Source of the DNA: Syntrophorhabdaceae bacterium
GTDB taxonomy: Bacteria > Desulfobacterota > Syntrophorhabdia > Syntrophorhabdales > Syntrophorhabdaceae
Length of the DNA: 64,000 nt
Assembly: GCA_963665295.1 (NCBI GenBank)
Contig: OY762209.1
Coordinates: 288,001-352,000, forward strand
Direction: 5' to 3'
Notes under the pieces: generated by a model
Database searches by the model: none
What the model was told of the DNA's origin: nothing
What the model saw: only the letters and a program-made list of their open reading frames with translations
Part shown: one piece after another, positions 50,536 to 60,862 of the stretch
How positions within the stretch are numbered: position 1 is the first letter of the stretch
How the letters are laid out: every line of letters starts with the position of its first letter
Made by a program: the position numbers and the translations under genes

Positions 50536-52020
50536 CTACCTCCCTCCGTCAGGTCTCCCCTGCGGCTGTTGGTGTTGCTGTCCCTGGTGTTGCTGCCCCT
50601 GAGGCGGTCTCTGAGGCTGCTGCCCCTGAGGCTGCCTTTGAGGCTGCTGAGCCTGGGGCGGTCTCTGAGGCTGAGTCTGTGGTGGTCTTTGAGGCTGAGC
50701 CTGAGGTTGGACCTGAGGCGGTCTTTGAGGTTGCTGAGCCTGAGGCGGTCTTTGAGGTTGCTGAGCCTGGGGCGGTCTCTGAGGCTGAGTCTGTGGTGGT
50801 CTTTGAGGCTGAGCCTGAGGTTGGACCTGAGGCGGTCTTTGAGGTTGCTGAGCCTGAGGCGGTCTCTGAGGTTGAGCCTGTGGTTGGACCTGAGGCTGCC
50901 TTTGAGGTTGCTGAGCCTGGGGCGGTCTCTGAGGCTGAGTCTGTGGTTGGACCTGAGGCTGGGACGGTCTCTGAGGTTGCTGAGCCTGAGGCGGTCTTTG
51001 AGGCTGAGTCTGTGGTTGGACCTGAGGCTGATTACCCTGAGGCTGCCTTTGAGGGTGTTGTCCCTGGGGCTGCCTTTGAGGCTGATTACCCTGAGGCTGA
51101 ACCTGGGGCTGTCCCTGAGGTTTATGTCCTTGTGGCTGTCCCTGAGGCTGATGTCCCTGGGGTGGCCTTTGAGGGTGTTGTCCCTGAGGCTGTCCCTGGA
51201 ATTGTCCCTGAGGCTGGTGTCCTTGTGGCGGACGTCCCTGAGGCTGGTGTCCTTGTGGCGGACGTCCCTGAGGCTGGTGCCCCTGGAATTGTCCCTGAGG
51301 CTGGTGTCGCTGAATATCGGGCCTCTGTCGATATTCCTGCTCCCTTTGCAGCCTTAGTTCCTGTCTCTGTTGTTGCGGCCGAGGGCGATAACCCTGGACA
51401 CCCCAGGTTCCTTGCCTTTCCCAATGTCGGTCATTATGCCAGCTCCGCCAGTTGTGCTCAAGCTGCCGGTTAGGAATCCGTTCATAATTCCACCGGTGCC
51501 CATACCAATCATGGCTTCTGTAGTGTCCTCTCCAACCCGGGTCTACATCGAAATAGAAAGTCGGAACCCGGTTATAATAACCCCAGCCCCTATTGTAATG
51601 GGGCGAACGATACCAGCGACCTTCCCATAGACGCCACCAGAAACCGTTCCAGAAAAACAGGTCTGCGTCTACATCAGGCGCAACATACACGCCGCTCGCG
51701 TCGGGCACTACTATCACGTCCGGAGGTGCTTGAATTGCGATCGGCGGCGGCAAAGGAGCAGGTACTCCGGCTCCGGACCCCCCCGTCCCTTGTACGCCCG
51801 TTGCGGCCGGCGGCAATTCCTGTGCGGGAGTTGTCGCTGCCGTCGGTTCCTGGGCCGGAATCCCCCCTGCCGTCGGTTCCTGGGCGGGAGTCCCTGCTGC
51901 CGCTGGGTCCTGTGCGGGTGTTTCCGCGGGTTTCGCCGGCTCCTGCGATCGGTTGCAGCCGATCAAGGTAAAGGTCGCAAGCAACGTCGCCGCTGCAAAT
52001 AACACTATTAACTTCTTCAT
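50536..52020 (-). CDS. Lipoprotein with PAQEP repeats, a Trp/Tyr/Arg-rich domain and a long Gln/Pro low-complexity tail
   Basis: MKKLIVL...LIGC lipobox with RBS, FFWNGFWWRLWEGRWYRS, and about 250 aa of QPQRPPQ-type repeats. Confidence 0.8.
   Translation of the reverse strand: MKKLIVLFAAATLLATFTLIGCNRSQEPAKPAETPAQDPAAAGTPAQEPTAGGIPAQEPTAATTPAQELPPAATGVQGTGGSGAGVPAPLPPPIAIQAPPDVIVVPDASGVYVAPDVDADLFFWNGFWWRLWEGRWYRSPHYNRGWGYYNRVPTFYFDVDPGWRGHYRSHDWYGHRWNYERIPNRQLEHNWRSWHNDRHWERQGTWGVQGYRPRPQQQRQELRLQREQEYRQRPDIQRHQPQGQFQGHQPQGRPPQGHQPQGRPPQGHQPQGQFQGQPQGQHPQRPPQGHQPQGQPQGHKPQGQPQVQPQGNQPQRQPQGQHPQRQPQGNQPQVQPQTQPQRPPQAQQPQRPSQPQVQPQTQPQRPPQAQQPQRQPQVQPQAQPQRPPQAQQPQRPPQVQPQAQPQRPPQTQPQRPPQAQQPQRPPQAQQPQRPPQVQPQAQPQRPPQTQPQRPPQAQQPQRQPQGQQPQRPPQGQQHQGQQHQQPQGRPDGGR
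50575..51305. repeat. Degenerate coding microrepeat array built on CTGAGG/TTGAGG
   Basis: Dozens of imperfect 21-27-bp units encoding Q/P repeats on the minus strand. Confidence 0.85.
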
Positions 52021-52375
52021 GTAATTTCCCCTCCTTATCTCTTTCTGTCTCTTTGGTGAAGGCTTTGTTCTCGCGCCAAACCGGTGCGAGAAGCAAAATA
52101 CCGTCACCCGATCCGGCGGGACGGGCGAACGAAAACCCTTTACAGTATCCCTTTCATCTCTACAAAGGATCGGCGCGGGGTCAAGGGGGAGGGACATTTT
52201 TTCATCCAGTGTATTCTCATTCACCGGACCACTGAGCCAGCCTTTCCGACTGCCGTCTCCTTATACTGTATTATCAGAAATATGCCGTCAAATTACAACA
52301 ATTATTGTGTTCGGGCTTTTTGCGGAAAGGCCGCGGTGGAACCCGAAGGGGCCCTCGGAGAGGGAACTTGAGAAA

Positions 52376-52625
52376 CTACCCGTTCCTGACCCTCCATATA
52401 ATCTCGTGGACAGCATCCGACCAGCCGAGGGGCATGAAATGCACTCCCTGGACCATAGGGGCAATCTCCCTGACCAGACGCGCCGTCATCTCGATGGCCT
52501 TTTCTTTTCTTTCCCCCGTAGGCACAGAGCCTATCTCCCCGATAAAGGGGTCCGGAACCGTGATCCCCGAAACGTGAACATTCATGCACGAGACCATCTC
52601 GGGAGACTTTATGATCACCACGCCA
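52376..52625 (-). pseudogene. C-terminal remnant of a methylenetetrahydrofolate reductase-like gene
   Basis: GVVIIKSPEM...MNVHVSGITVP...AIEMTARL...QGVHFMPLGW matches the MetF C-terminus. The N-terminal part is absent. Confidence 0.65.
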
Positions 52626-52742
52626 TGAGGATACCCGACCCATGACAGGCGGAAAAATATGCTGGTCCGCATGGGGTTAATCGGGTTAATATGGTACTAT
52701 ACGTCCTAATTTGACATCCCATGGGTAAGGAGAAGAGACTCT

Positions 52743-54803
52743 ATGGAAAATAACGATAACAGAAAAGCGTTCAGCGGATGTGCCCTATGCTACCATAGCT
52801 GCGGAGTAGAGGTGACTGTAGAGGAAGGAAGGGTCGTAAAGGTTCAGGGCCAGGAATCCCATCCTGTAAACAAGGGAAAGTTGTGCCCCAAAGGGGAGGC
52901 AATAATCGAGCATCTGTATCACCCTGACCGACTCAAATACCCCCTGAAGAAGGTGAATGGAGCATGGAAGAGAATATCGTGGGACCAGGCTATTTCCGAG
53001 ATAGGGGCGAAGCTCAATGAGTTGAAGGAGAAGTACGGTCCGTCCGTTCTCGCCTTCTTCTGCGGTTCCATCGGCGTCGAGAACCTCGAAATGATCTCCC
53101 TCACCCACCGGTTCAAGGCCGCCTTCGGTTCCCCGAACTTTTTCTCCGTGGAGAGCATCTGCTACAGGATGAGGATTCGGGCCAGGCAAATTACTTTCGG
53201 GAAGTACCCGGTGGAAGAGATGGATTCAAACCTTTATATCCTGTGGGGTCACAACCCCGCGGCCTCGGATTTCCCCCTCTCGCTGGCCATAGAAGAAAAC
53301 ATGAAGAAAGGCGCGAAGGTGATCGTCATCGACCCGAGGAAGATCCCCATCGCACAGAACGCGGAAATGTATATCCCCATAAGGCCCGGCACCGACGGCG
53401 CCCTGGCCCTCGCACTCATGCACGTCATTATCAACGAGGGTCTCTATGATGAGGAGTTTGTGGAGAAGTGGACCTTTGGATTCGACAAACTCGTTCCCCA
53501 TGTCCAGCAGTATACGCCCGAATGGGCGGAAAAGATTACCTGGGTGAAGGCCGACGACATCAGGACCCTTGCTCGCCGCTTTGCAACGACCCGGGGGGCA
53601 AGCATCTTCCACGGCACCTGCACCCAGGACCAGTGCGCGAACGGCAGCCAGAACGACCGGGCCCTCGCGATCCTGCAGGTTCTCACAGGCAACATAAACG
53701 TCCCGGGAGGATGGGTCATAAGCCCGAGACTCCGGCTCAACGACGTGGGTCTTCCCTCCCCCGGCAAGCCCCTGGGAGCCGATGAGTATCCCCTCTTCTA
53801 CGAACTGTGGGGAAGAACCAGCCCCTATGCGGTGATGAACATGGTCCCGGAGAGCACGCCGGACAAGCTCAGGGCCTTCATCGTGGCAGGCGGAAACCCC
53901 CTTGTAACCATGCCCGATTCCAATGCCTTGAGGGATGCCTTCCGGAAGCTCGATCTTGTGGTAGTCTACGAGCAGTTCATGACGGAGACAGCCGAGTTTG
54001 CCCATTACGTGCTGCCCGCCTCCAATCAGCTTGAGTTCTTTGGCCTTGCCTACAACTATAATGTATGCCACTGCGTCCCCTACCTCATGCTCCGGCCTGC
54101 GATAATAGGCCCGTATTACGAGTGCCGCTCCATTCGTGAAGTCTATACCGATCTCGCGAAGGAATGCGGGTTCGCCGACAAATTCCCCTGGAAGTCGGAT
54201 GAGGAGGTGGTCGCTTTCGAACTCGAACCGTGCAGGCTCGATTTCAACGCCCTCATGGAGAAACCGGAAGGCGCCATTTATCAGGAAAAGGAATACACGG
54301 TGCGCCAGGGCTCCTTTTCGACGCCCACCGGCAAGATCGAGATATACAGTCAGGCCTTTGCCGATGCAGGGTTCGATCCGCTCCCCACGTACCGTGAACC
54401 CGACAAAAGCCCCCAGGGCTCGCGCTGGACGGAACTGGGAGAAAAGTATCCTCTCATCCTTTCTACGGGAACGCGGGACTTTTATTTCAACGGGAGCATG
54501 CTCCACAACATCAAATCCCTCCAGGTCCGGTCGCCTTTTCCCAAGGCCGAACTGGGGCCCGAAACCGCCGCCGGATACGGGGTGGCTCATGGGGACGATG
54601 TCATCGTGGAGACGGACCGGGGTTATGTGAAGATGAAGGCGAGCGTGGATAAGAATGTGGTTGAAGGCGTGGTGCTTGTGCCGCACGGGTGGCCGGGAGA
54701 GGGTAACTGCAATCTTCTCACGGACTGCAACTGCAGGGAGCCTATCATGGGATACCCCCAATGGAAGGGACTTCTTTGCAGTATCAGAAAGGCAGTGGAT
54801 TAA
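52743..54803 (+). CDS. Molybdopterin (bis-MGD) oxidoreductase catalytic subunit
   Basis: CALCYHSC...LCPKG [4Fe-4S] motif, HPDRLKYPL, IRPGTDGAL, FMTETA..A.YVLPA, TPTGKIEI and a C-terminal MGD-binding domain. No Tat signal is visible. Confidence 0.93.
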   Translation: MENNDNRKAFSGCALCYHSCGVEVTVEEGRVVKVQGQESHPVNKGKLCPKGEAIIEHLYHPDRLKYPLKKVNGAWKRISWDQAISEIGAKLNELKEKYGPSVLAFFCGSIGVENLEMISLTHRFKAAFGSPNFFSVESICYRMRIRARQITFGKYPVEEMDSNLYILWGHNPAASDFPLSLAIEENMKKGAKVIVIDPRKIPIAQNAEMYIPIRPGTDGALALALMHVIINEGLYDEEFVEKWTFGFDKLVPHVQQYTPEWAEKITWVKADDIRTLARRFATTRGASIFHGTCTQDQCANGSQNDRALAILQVLTGNINVPGGWVISPRLRLNDVGLPSPGKPLGADEYPLFYELWGRTSPYAVMNMVPESTPDKLRAFIVAGGNPLVTMPDSNALRDAFRKLDLVVVYEQFMTETAEFAHYVLPASNQLEFFGLAYNYNVCHCVPYLMLRPAIIGPYYECRSIREVYTDLAKECGFADKFPWKSDEEVVAFELEPCRLDFNALMEKPEGAIYQEKEYTVRQGSFSTPTGKIEIYSQAFADAGFDPLPTYREPDKSPQGSRWTELGEKYPLILSTGTRDFYFNGSMLHNIKSLQVRSPFPKAELGPETAAGYGVAHGDDVIVETDRGYVKMKASVDKNVVEGVVLVPHGWPGEGNCNLLTDCNCREPIMGYPQWKGLLCSIRKAVD

Positions 54804-55254
54804 TCCGGCGAGGGCTCTATGAAGGATATCCTTTCTTTCAGTTTCGAGGAATAGGGCCGGATGGTGGAATCTCCTGCAACGAAGCCCACCCGGTAGCCAT
54901 GGGAGCGATTTGCCCCGCCTGCAAAGGCGGGCTTCTCCCGTACCGGTCGGGGCAGACAGGCTCGGATGAAATGGTTCTGAGCCTTCTTGGGTAGCAAATT
55001 AGTACACCCTGGAGCCTATGGCGGAAGAGTATGGCTGAGGCGAAGCGCAGCGGAGAGGTCTTGATTATCCCCGAAAAAATGTTTATACCCAAGAGAGCCG
55101 GGTAATTCCGCCTCAAGGTCGCATTCCCTCAAACCCCGGGGCCCTGTAACCTTGTCCATGTCCCGGCCGACTGTATCTTGCAGCGGAGGCCTTATCCTCG
55201 GGACTCCATATGGACTGCGTCAACGAATGGCGGGACAGCCGAAAGGAGGGGGCC

Positions 55255-56262
55255 GTGACAGTCAATCGAAACAGGCTCTATGTAATCGTCATCGTCGCCT
55301 CCACGGTGGTCATCAGCTGCCTTCATTACACGACATCCTCCATCGCATGGCCGCTTCACAGCATTTACATGGACCTCTACTATATCCCCGTGCTTCTGGG
55401 CGCCCTGGTGTTCGGCCTCAAAGGGGCCGTCCTTACGTACCTTTCCGTGGTGATCCTTTATTTCCCCTATATCCTTTTTGTGTGGCACGCGAAAGCCATG
55501 TTTCTCGCCGAAGATGCCTTGCACGCCCTATTCTTCGGAGTCTTTGCATGTCTCGCGGGCGTCCTGGTCGACAGGGAAAAGAGGCACCTGGAGCAATTGG
55601 AAAAAGACGCGTACCTCTCGGCCCTGGGCCGCACCTCGGCGTCCGTGGCCCACGACCTCCGGAACTCTCTCACTGCCGTTACGGGCTTTGCCCGGCGTCT
55701 GTCGGAGAAGAAAGGGGATGGGGATACCGCAATAGAAGCAATTCTGAATGCAACCGGGACTATGCAGGCCATTGTAGACGGCACCCTCGATTTTGCGAGA
55801 CCGCTCCAAATGAACCTTGAGGAGTCGGATATCCTTCCGGTTATCAGCCATGCGGTGGACACGTGCAAGGCGAAAGCGGAGCGTCATCAGGTGATTGTCT
55901 TCCTGGATATTCCTCCTGAGCCGGTGCGGACCGCCGTGGACGCGGCCCTCTTCATAAGGGCCCTCGTTAATCTCATAGACAACGCGATTGACGCCTCCGG
56001 GAAGGGCCGGACCGTCAAGGTCACGGTGAGCCCCGGGCCGGCGTCGGTGACTATCGCCATAGCCGATCATGGACCGGGGATGGACCGGACGACCCTCAAA
56101 AACATCTTCACGCCCTTCTACACCAGGAAAGCCAAGGGGACCGGGATCGGCATGGCAATAACCAAGAAGATCATCGATCACCATCAAGGCATCATCAGGA
56201 TCCAGAGCAAGCCCGGACACGGCACGACCGTCACCATCGAGTTGCCCTCCCGCTCCCCGTGA
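55255..56262 (+). CDS. Membrane sensor histidine kinase
   Basis: About four TM helices, AHDLRNSL, NLIDNAIDA, DHGPG and GTGIG, with an AAGGAGG RBS before GTG. Confidence 0.9.
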   Translation: MTVNRNRLYVIVIVASTVVISCLHYTTSSIAWPLHSIYMDLYYIPVLLGALVFGLKGAVLTYLSVVILYFPYILFVWHAKAMFLAEDALHALFFGVFACLAGVLVDREKRHLEQLEKDAYLSALGRTSASVAHDLRNSLTAVTGFARRLSEKKGDGDTAIEAILNATGTMQAIVDGTLDFARPLQMNLEESDILPVISHAVDTCKAKAERHQVIVFLDIPPEPVRTAVDAALFIRALVNLIDNAIDASGKGRTVKVTVSPGPASVTIAIADHGPGMDRTTLKNIFTPFYTRKAKGTGIGMAITKKIIDHHQGIIRIQSKPGHGTTVTIELPSRSP

Positions 56263-56303
56263 AACTACAGCGAAACATCGATTGACCCAGTGAAATGTGG
56301 CGG

Positions 56304-57185
56304 CTACTCCCCTTCCACGTGCCGGAGGAACGCGCGGACTGTAGACAGGTATGGTCCGGGCTTCTCGATGTGGTGCTCATGGGACGCGTCTTCGAATACA
56401 ACGACCTCCGATCCGGGGAGCATCGCGTGGTAATACTTGGCGGCCACCGGTGTGGCTTCGTCGTACCTGCCGACGGTAAAGAGAACGGGCGTCCTGATCC
56501 CTTTAAGGTGCTCCGCCCGCTCATAGTCACCGAGGGTTCCCGTCAAGGTGAATTCGCTCGGACCCCACATGTACTCGTAGACCGTCCGGCCGAGGCCCGC
56601 GAGGGTTCTTTCCATGCATTCCGGCCATGGGTAGAGGCGGCACAGGTGCCGCGCGTAATATGCCGTCACGGCGGCCTCATACCCGGGCGTCCCGAATGCC
56701 CCCGATGCCTCCCCTTCCCCTATCGCCTCCCGATGCTCCGCGGGGAGCTCCAGAAGGTATTTCCGCTGGTCGGCCGCAAAACGGGAAGCGCTTAAGACGG
56801 GAGAAGAGAGGACAAGGCTCGCGACCCCTTCCGAATGGCCTGCAAGCATGTAATCGACGGCAAGCATGGTGCCCCACGACTGGCCCATGATGTGGACCTT
56901 TGCGAGCCCCAGGGACTCGCGGACGCAGTGGAGTTCGTCCACGAAACGCTCCACGGTAAAGAGGGACACGTCTTCCGGCCTGTCCGAATTCCCGCACCCC
57001 AGTTGATCGTAAAAGATCACAGGCCGCTCGTCGCTCAAGGCCTCCAGGGGTTCCAGATAATCATGGGGTGCTCCGGGACCGCCGTGCAGGGTGAGGAAGG
57101 GAATCCCCCTTCTTCCTGCTCCCACGACCTTGAACCATACTCTTCCGCCTTTGACCGGAATATAACCTTCTTTCGCATGGAACAT
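56304..57185 (-). CDS. Proline iminopeptidase-family alpha/beta hydrolase
   Basis: LHGGPG, YDQLGCGNS, GQSWG, MWGPSEF, GRYDE and SH. Confidence 0.93.
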   Translation of the reverse strand: MFHAKEGYIPVKGGRVWFKVVGAGRRGIPFLTLHGGPGAPHDYLEPLEALSDERPVIFYDQLGCGNSDRPEDVSLFTVERFVDELHCVRESLGLAKVHIMGQSWGTMLAVDYMLAGHSEGVASLVLSSPVLSASRFAADQRKYLLELPAEHREAIGEGEASGAFGTPGYEAAVTAYYARHLCRLYPWPECMERTLAGLGRTVYEYMWGPSEFTLTGTLGDYERAEHLKGIRTPVLFTVGRYDEATPVAAKYYHAMLPGSEVVVFEDASHEHHIEKPGPYLSTVRAFLRHVEGE

Positions 57186-57791
57186 CGACGTTACCTCTCT
57201 CTTTCCTTATGCCCGCCCCTTAACTGCCCGGGGCAAGGCGTCGCAGGGCGCGCGTCGCGGTCCGTCCGAAATGCGCCCCCTCCTCTCCTGTATACCAGAA
57301 TATGCGCGCCACCGCAACGGGCTCTGGCCCTGTCTCCCGGGAAACAAGGATGAATATCCCGGAGGAAGAGGCATACGGCGCGGCGTTGAAGGTCTGAAGC
57401 CGTCAATTTTCCGGAGCGGCCTCTTGACCGCCGACTTTCCCGAAACTTAAGCTACGGGTGTAGGGATAAAGATCATCGCAAAGGATACCTTCAGGAAAAA
57501 CACGCAATCCTGTAGGTATCCGGACGATGTGAATCAGGGCTCCGGAGAAGGATGACAAGGTTGTAGGCGGGATTGGCACGCCACGAAGAGCGAGGACCGG
57601 GGCGCCACGGGATGGCCCTCCTCCCGGCGTGCACAAGATTTTGCAATCTTCAGCGGTTTATGCGATAACTTTAGGGTGAAGTTCCACGAAGCCTCCGTTG
57701 AGAAGCAGCCGCAGAAATTACCGTTTTTGTCGTCTCTTCGTAACTCCAGCTCCATGCACTTCAACATTCTAATAAAAAAGGGGAATACTAC

Positions 57792-57992
57792 ATGCCAAAA
57801 GGAACAGTAAAGTGGTTTAACGATGCAAAGGGTTTCGGCTTTATCACGCAGGATGACGGCAACGACGTGTTCGTTCACTATTCAGCAATCAAGGATTCCG
57901 GCTTCAAATCCCTGTCTGAAAACGACAAGGTGACCTTCGACGTAGTGAGCGGCCCCAAGGGTCCCGCGGCAGCGAACGTCGTAAAAGACTGA
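57792..57992 (+). CDS. cspA: Cold-shock protein
   Basis: [24 protein letters not shown] and [10 protein letters not shown]. Confidence 0.97.
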   Translation: MPKGTVKWFNDAKGFGFITQDDGNDVFVHYSAIKDSGFKSLSENDKVTFDVVSGPKGPAAANVVKD

Positions 57993-58000
57993 ACAAAACA

Positions 58001-58038
58001 GGGCAGGTTTGGGCCCGTCCGAGCCTGCCTTTCTTTTC
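58001..58038 (+). terminator. Rho-independent terminator after csp
   Basis: GGGCAGGTTTGG-...-CCGAGCCTGCCT followed by TTCTTTT. Confidence 0.75.
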
Positions 58039-58095
58039 CCCGTACCCGATCAGCCTCTTGAGACGCCCATTACCCACGACACATTTCGCGTGCGG

Positions 58096-58293
58096 TCAAT
58101 CGTCCCGGTTCTCAGGGCGGATCTTCCCCAGGCGCGGGAAATTCTTGCACTGCCGGCACAGGGTTTCTATTCTTGCCTTTGCCTTTTCTATAAGAATTCC
58201 ATACCTTTCCGCCACGTGAATCAGGTTCGACACCTCCCCGCTGCATTCAAAACTGAACACGCGGTCACATGCGGCAAAACCGAACTCGTTCAT
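58096..58293 (-). CDS. Small hypothetical protein (65 aa)
   Basis: Strong AAGGAGG RBS before ATG 58293. It has four Cys including CRQC. Confidence 0.45.
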   Translation of the reverse strand: MNEFGFAACDRVFSFECSGEVSNLIHVAERYGILIEKAKARIETLCRQCKNFPRLGKIRPENRDD

Positions 58294-58534
58294 AATACCC
58301 TCCTTTTCGACACCGGCGTCCGGGCCGTCATTCCTTGAAGCCGAACTTCTCCATGGCAAGGATATGGCCGGTAACTACGTTCACCGTTCATAGCACCCCT
58401 TCTCTTCCGGGTCGAGGGCCGAACCGCCATCCCCGCCGCGCTCGTGCCCGGGGCGGTTGGTTTTCCCTTTAAGAAGATAGCCCCCGTAAGGGCCGACGTT
58501 ACATAAATCACGGAAGTCACCGCCTGGATCGGTA

Positions 58535-59638
58535 TTACGGACTCGCCGTCCATGCCGCCCGCGTATGCGATCTTCTTTGTCTTGCCTGCAAACACGAAGT
58601 GACCACAGCTTCAGAAGAGAGCCCGCTTCCTGCAGCCGTGGCGATTTGCGACCTCACTTTTACTTCGGTCTCCACCAGGGGCCGGCCGAACCCCGTGGAA
58701 AAGATACTCGTGGCGTCGCTGCGGTGCATATTCCTGATAAGGTCTTTACAAAATTCCACACGGTCCTTTTCAAAGACGAGTACGTTCGTCGAACTTCCGG
58801 GATGGTAGAGGCTCTTCGGCCGGCCCGCGCGAAGAAACATCCCTTTCGTAATCCACTGGGGGTAGTTGTAGCGATGCTCGCAGTAACACTGCTCGATGTC
58901 GCCTATAAGGAGGGCTGCCACTTCCACCATGGCTATCAGGCCGGCCCCTGTCCCGCCTTCCACGTCCGTGTCGATGATGGTAACCACCCTCTTGTTCTTC
59001 GAAAAGGGCGTGGCTACGGCGATAATCGCCTCGGGATTACACGAGTGGCAGGCTCCGTCCAGCTGGTAGATATCGACGACTTTTCCCGAAACAGGGACAT
59101 GGTTGTAATGGTACTTTTCAGGCGTGAGTCTGAACACAGCCCAATCGCCCCCTTCAAAAAAGGTGCGCCACACGCCTTTGTCCTTCCCGAGAAGTTCCTC
59201 GAAGCAAAAGAACTTGTTCTTGAGAAAAAGTTGGGACGTCTCCGAAAACGAGCCTATGAGCATTCTCGAATCCGAAGGAGAGACTACCGCTCTCAAATCG
59301 TTCGGCATGGGGCGGGTTTCCCAATATTTGATTTGACGCTCGAATATCTTCCTCGCCGTGTCAAGAAATTGAGGAGCCTCCACGCACTCGGACAGATCGA
59401 CTTCGAGGGCTTTAAAGAGGCCCCTCGTACCGGTAATCTTCGAGCCTAGCACGCTGTCGTAGTTGAAACGACCGAGAAGTCCCGTCATCCTTGCGGACGT
59501 CAGGGCCCTAAACAGGGTGCGGGCGTTTTCTCTCACCTCCGAATATATGAAGTTGACTACCCGATGCCCGAAAATCTTCTCGTCCCTTACCAGTGACGTT
59601 TCCCGTTCGATATACTGATGAAGCGTATTTTCCCTCAT
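58535..59638 (-). CDS. psd: Phosphatidylserine decarboxylase family proenzyme
   Basis: VSPSDSR, FRLTPEKYHYNHVPVSG, NKRVV and the PGSST cleavage-like motif. Confidence 0.88.
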   Translation of the reverse strand: MRENTLHQYIERETSLVRDEKIFGHRVVNFIYSEVRENARTLFRALTSARMTGLLGRFNYDSVLGSKITGTRGLFKALEVDLSECVEAPQFLDTARKIFERQIKYWETRPMPNDLRAVVSPSDSRMLIGSFSETSQLFLKNKFFCFEELLGKDKGVWRTFFEGGDWAVFRLTPEKYHYNHVPVSGKVVDIYQLDGACHSCNPEAIIAVATPFSKNKRVVTIIDTDVEGGTGAGLIAMVEVAALLIGDIEQCYCEHRYNYPQWITKGMFLRAGRPKSLYHPGSSTNVLVFEKDRVEFCKDLIRNMHRSDATSIFSTGFGRPLVETEVKVRSQIATAAGSGLSSEAVVTSCLQARQRRSHTRAAWTASP

Positions 59639-59824
59639 AATCCCTTTCTCACATCGATAATTCGATCTCCACGGTCGGGCTGTCGGGGATAGTCCGGAGC
59701 CCCCTCCGATTCGCCTCCCCCGCGGTCGAGCCTCAGGACCAGGGCCAAAAACCGGACCCCCCGGAGGTGTGAAGACTGGTCTGTCTTTCGTGTTCCATCG
59801 CATTATAATGGTACCCGACTTCGA

Positions 59825-59959
59825 TTAAGGGGAGATTAAGATCCCGTTAATAATCTGTAAGCGCACCGCCTTTTCCTCTCATACCGGCTGCAACCGTTCC
59901 GGGAGGGGGTTTTCGTGCAAGAGCGGTTTTATTTATACAAAGTTAATACCCCCTTAACA
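59825..59959. promoter_or_regulatory. 11-bp-periodic TTAA boxes (PhoB/OmpR-type) in the psd/HAD divergent region
   Basis: TTAA at 59825, 59836 and 59847, and TTTATA/TTAATA/TTAACA at 59932, 59943 and 59954. Confidence 0.55.
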
Positions 59960-60004
59960 GAGGGGGTATACGTTCTTAGGGATGACGTGAGGAGGTGCCA
60001 TACT

Positions 60005-60772
60005 ATGGATAACTGGATGAAACTGCTCGGCAGTCACTACCGGCGGGAGCGAACGAGGCGGCCCCGCGACAAGTTGCTCATCGTCTTCGACATCGACGGG
60101 ACCATTCTCGACATGAGGTATATGATCCGCTATGTACTCAAAGAAATTGATAGGAATCACGGAACGGACCATTTCGCCCACCTCGGGATATCCGAGATAG
60201 AGGTCCACGAGGGGGATGTAGACATCTATCTCGACCGCCTCGCCATCACCGGACCCGAGAAGGAGAGGATACTCTCGTCCTATCGGGCAGCCCTCTGGTC
60301 TTCGACTGCGGTAGCGGATGCCCACGAGCCTTTCCAGGGGGTTTTCGACGTGATCCGATGGTTCCAGTTCCAGGAGAACACCTTCGTCGGATTGAACACG
60401 GGCCGTCCCGAGGCCCTCCGTTTCAACACCATTTCATCCCTCAACAGGCTCGGGGAGCGCTATTCGGTGCATTTTTCCCACGACCTGCTCTACATGTTGC
60501 CCGACGACCGGCCGGGCAGCCTGCCGGAGGCAAAGGTGGAGGGGCTCAGGCATTTCCGGAGTATCGGATACCGTCCCATTGCCATGATAGATAACGAACC
60601 GGAGAACCTGGAAGCCATAGCGAGGCATGAAGCGGGGCGGAACATGCTCCTCCTCCACGCCGATACCATATTCAGGTCCAGGCCCATGTTCCCGTCACGA
60701 AAGATCATTCGGGGCGATTCCTATAACGTCGATGAATTTATGGACGGCCACGGTCTCAAACGGTCGGCATAG
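60005..60772 (+). CDS. HAD-superfamily hydrolase
   Basis: VFDIDGTI, NTGRP, K and IDNEPEN. Confidence 0.85.
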   Translation: MDNWMKLLGSHYRRERTRRPRDKLLIVFDIDGTILDMRYMIRYVLKEIDRNHGTDHFAHLGISEIEVHEGDVDIYLDRLAITGPEKERILSSYRAALWSSTAVADAHEPFQGVFDVIRWFQFQENTFVGLNTGRPEALRFNTISSLNRLGERYSVHFSHDLLYMLPDDRPGSLPEAKVEGLRHFRSIGYRPIAMIDNEPENLEAIARHEAGRNMLLLHADTIFRSRPMFPSRKIIRGDSYNVDEFMDGHGLKRSA

Positions 60773-60862
60773 TCGCCCGCAAGGTCCCGCGACGGGACCT
60801 TGTTTCAGGGGGGGCAGATCAGGGAATCCGGGAAACGGGCTCCGTCCGTCGTGCAAGAAGGG

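Noticed and set aside
50518..51473. Leu/Arg-rich and Glu/Ala-rich repeat ORFs on the plus strand
   Set aside because: They are antisense readings of the Q/P repeat. The minus-strand gene has the RBS and lipobox.
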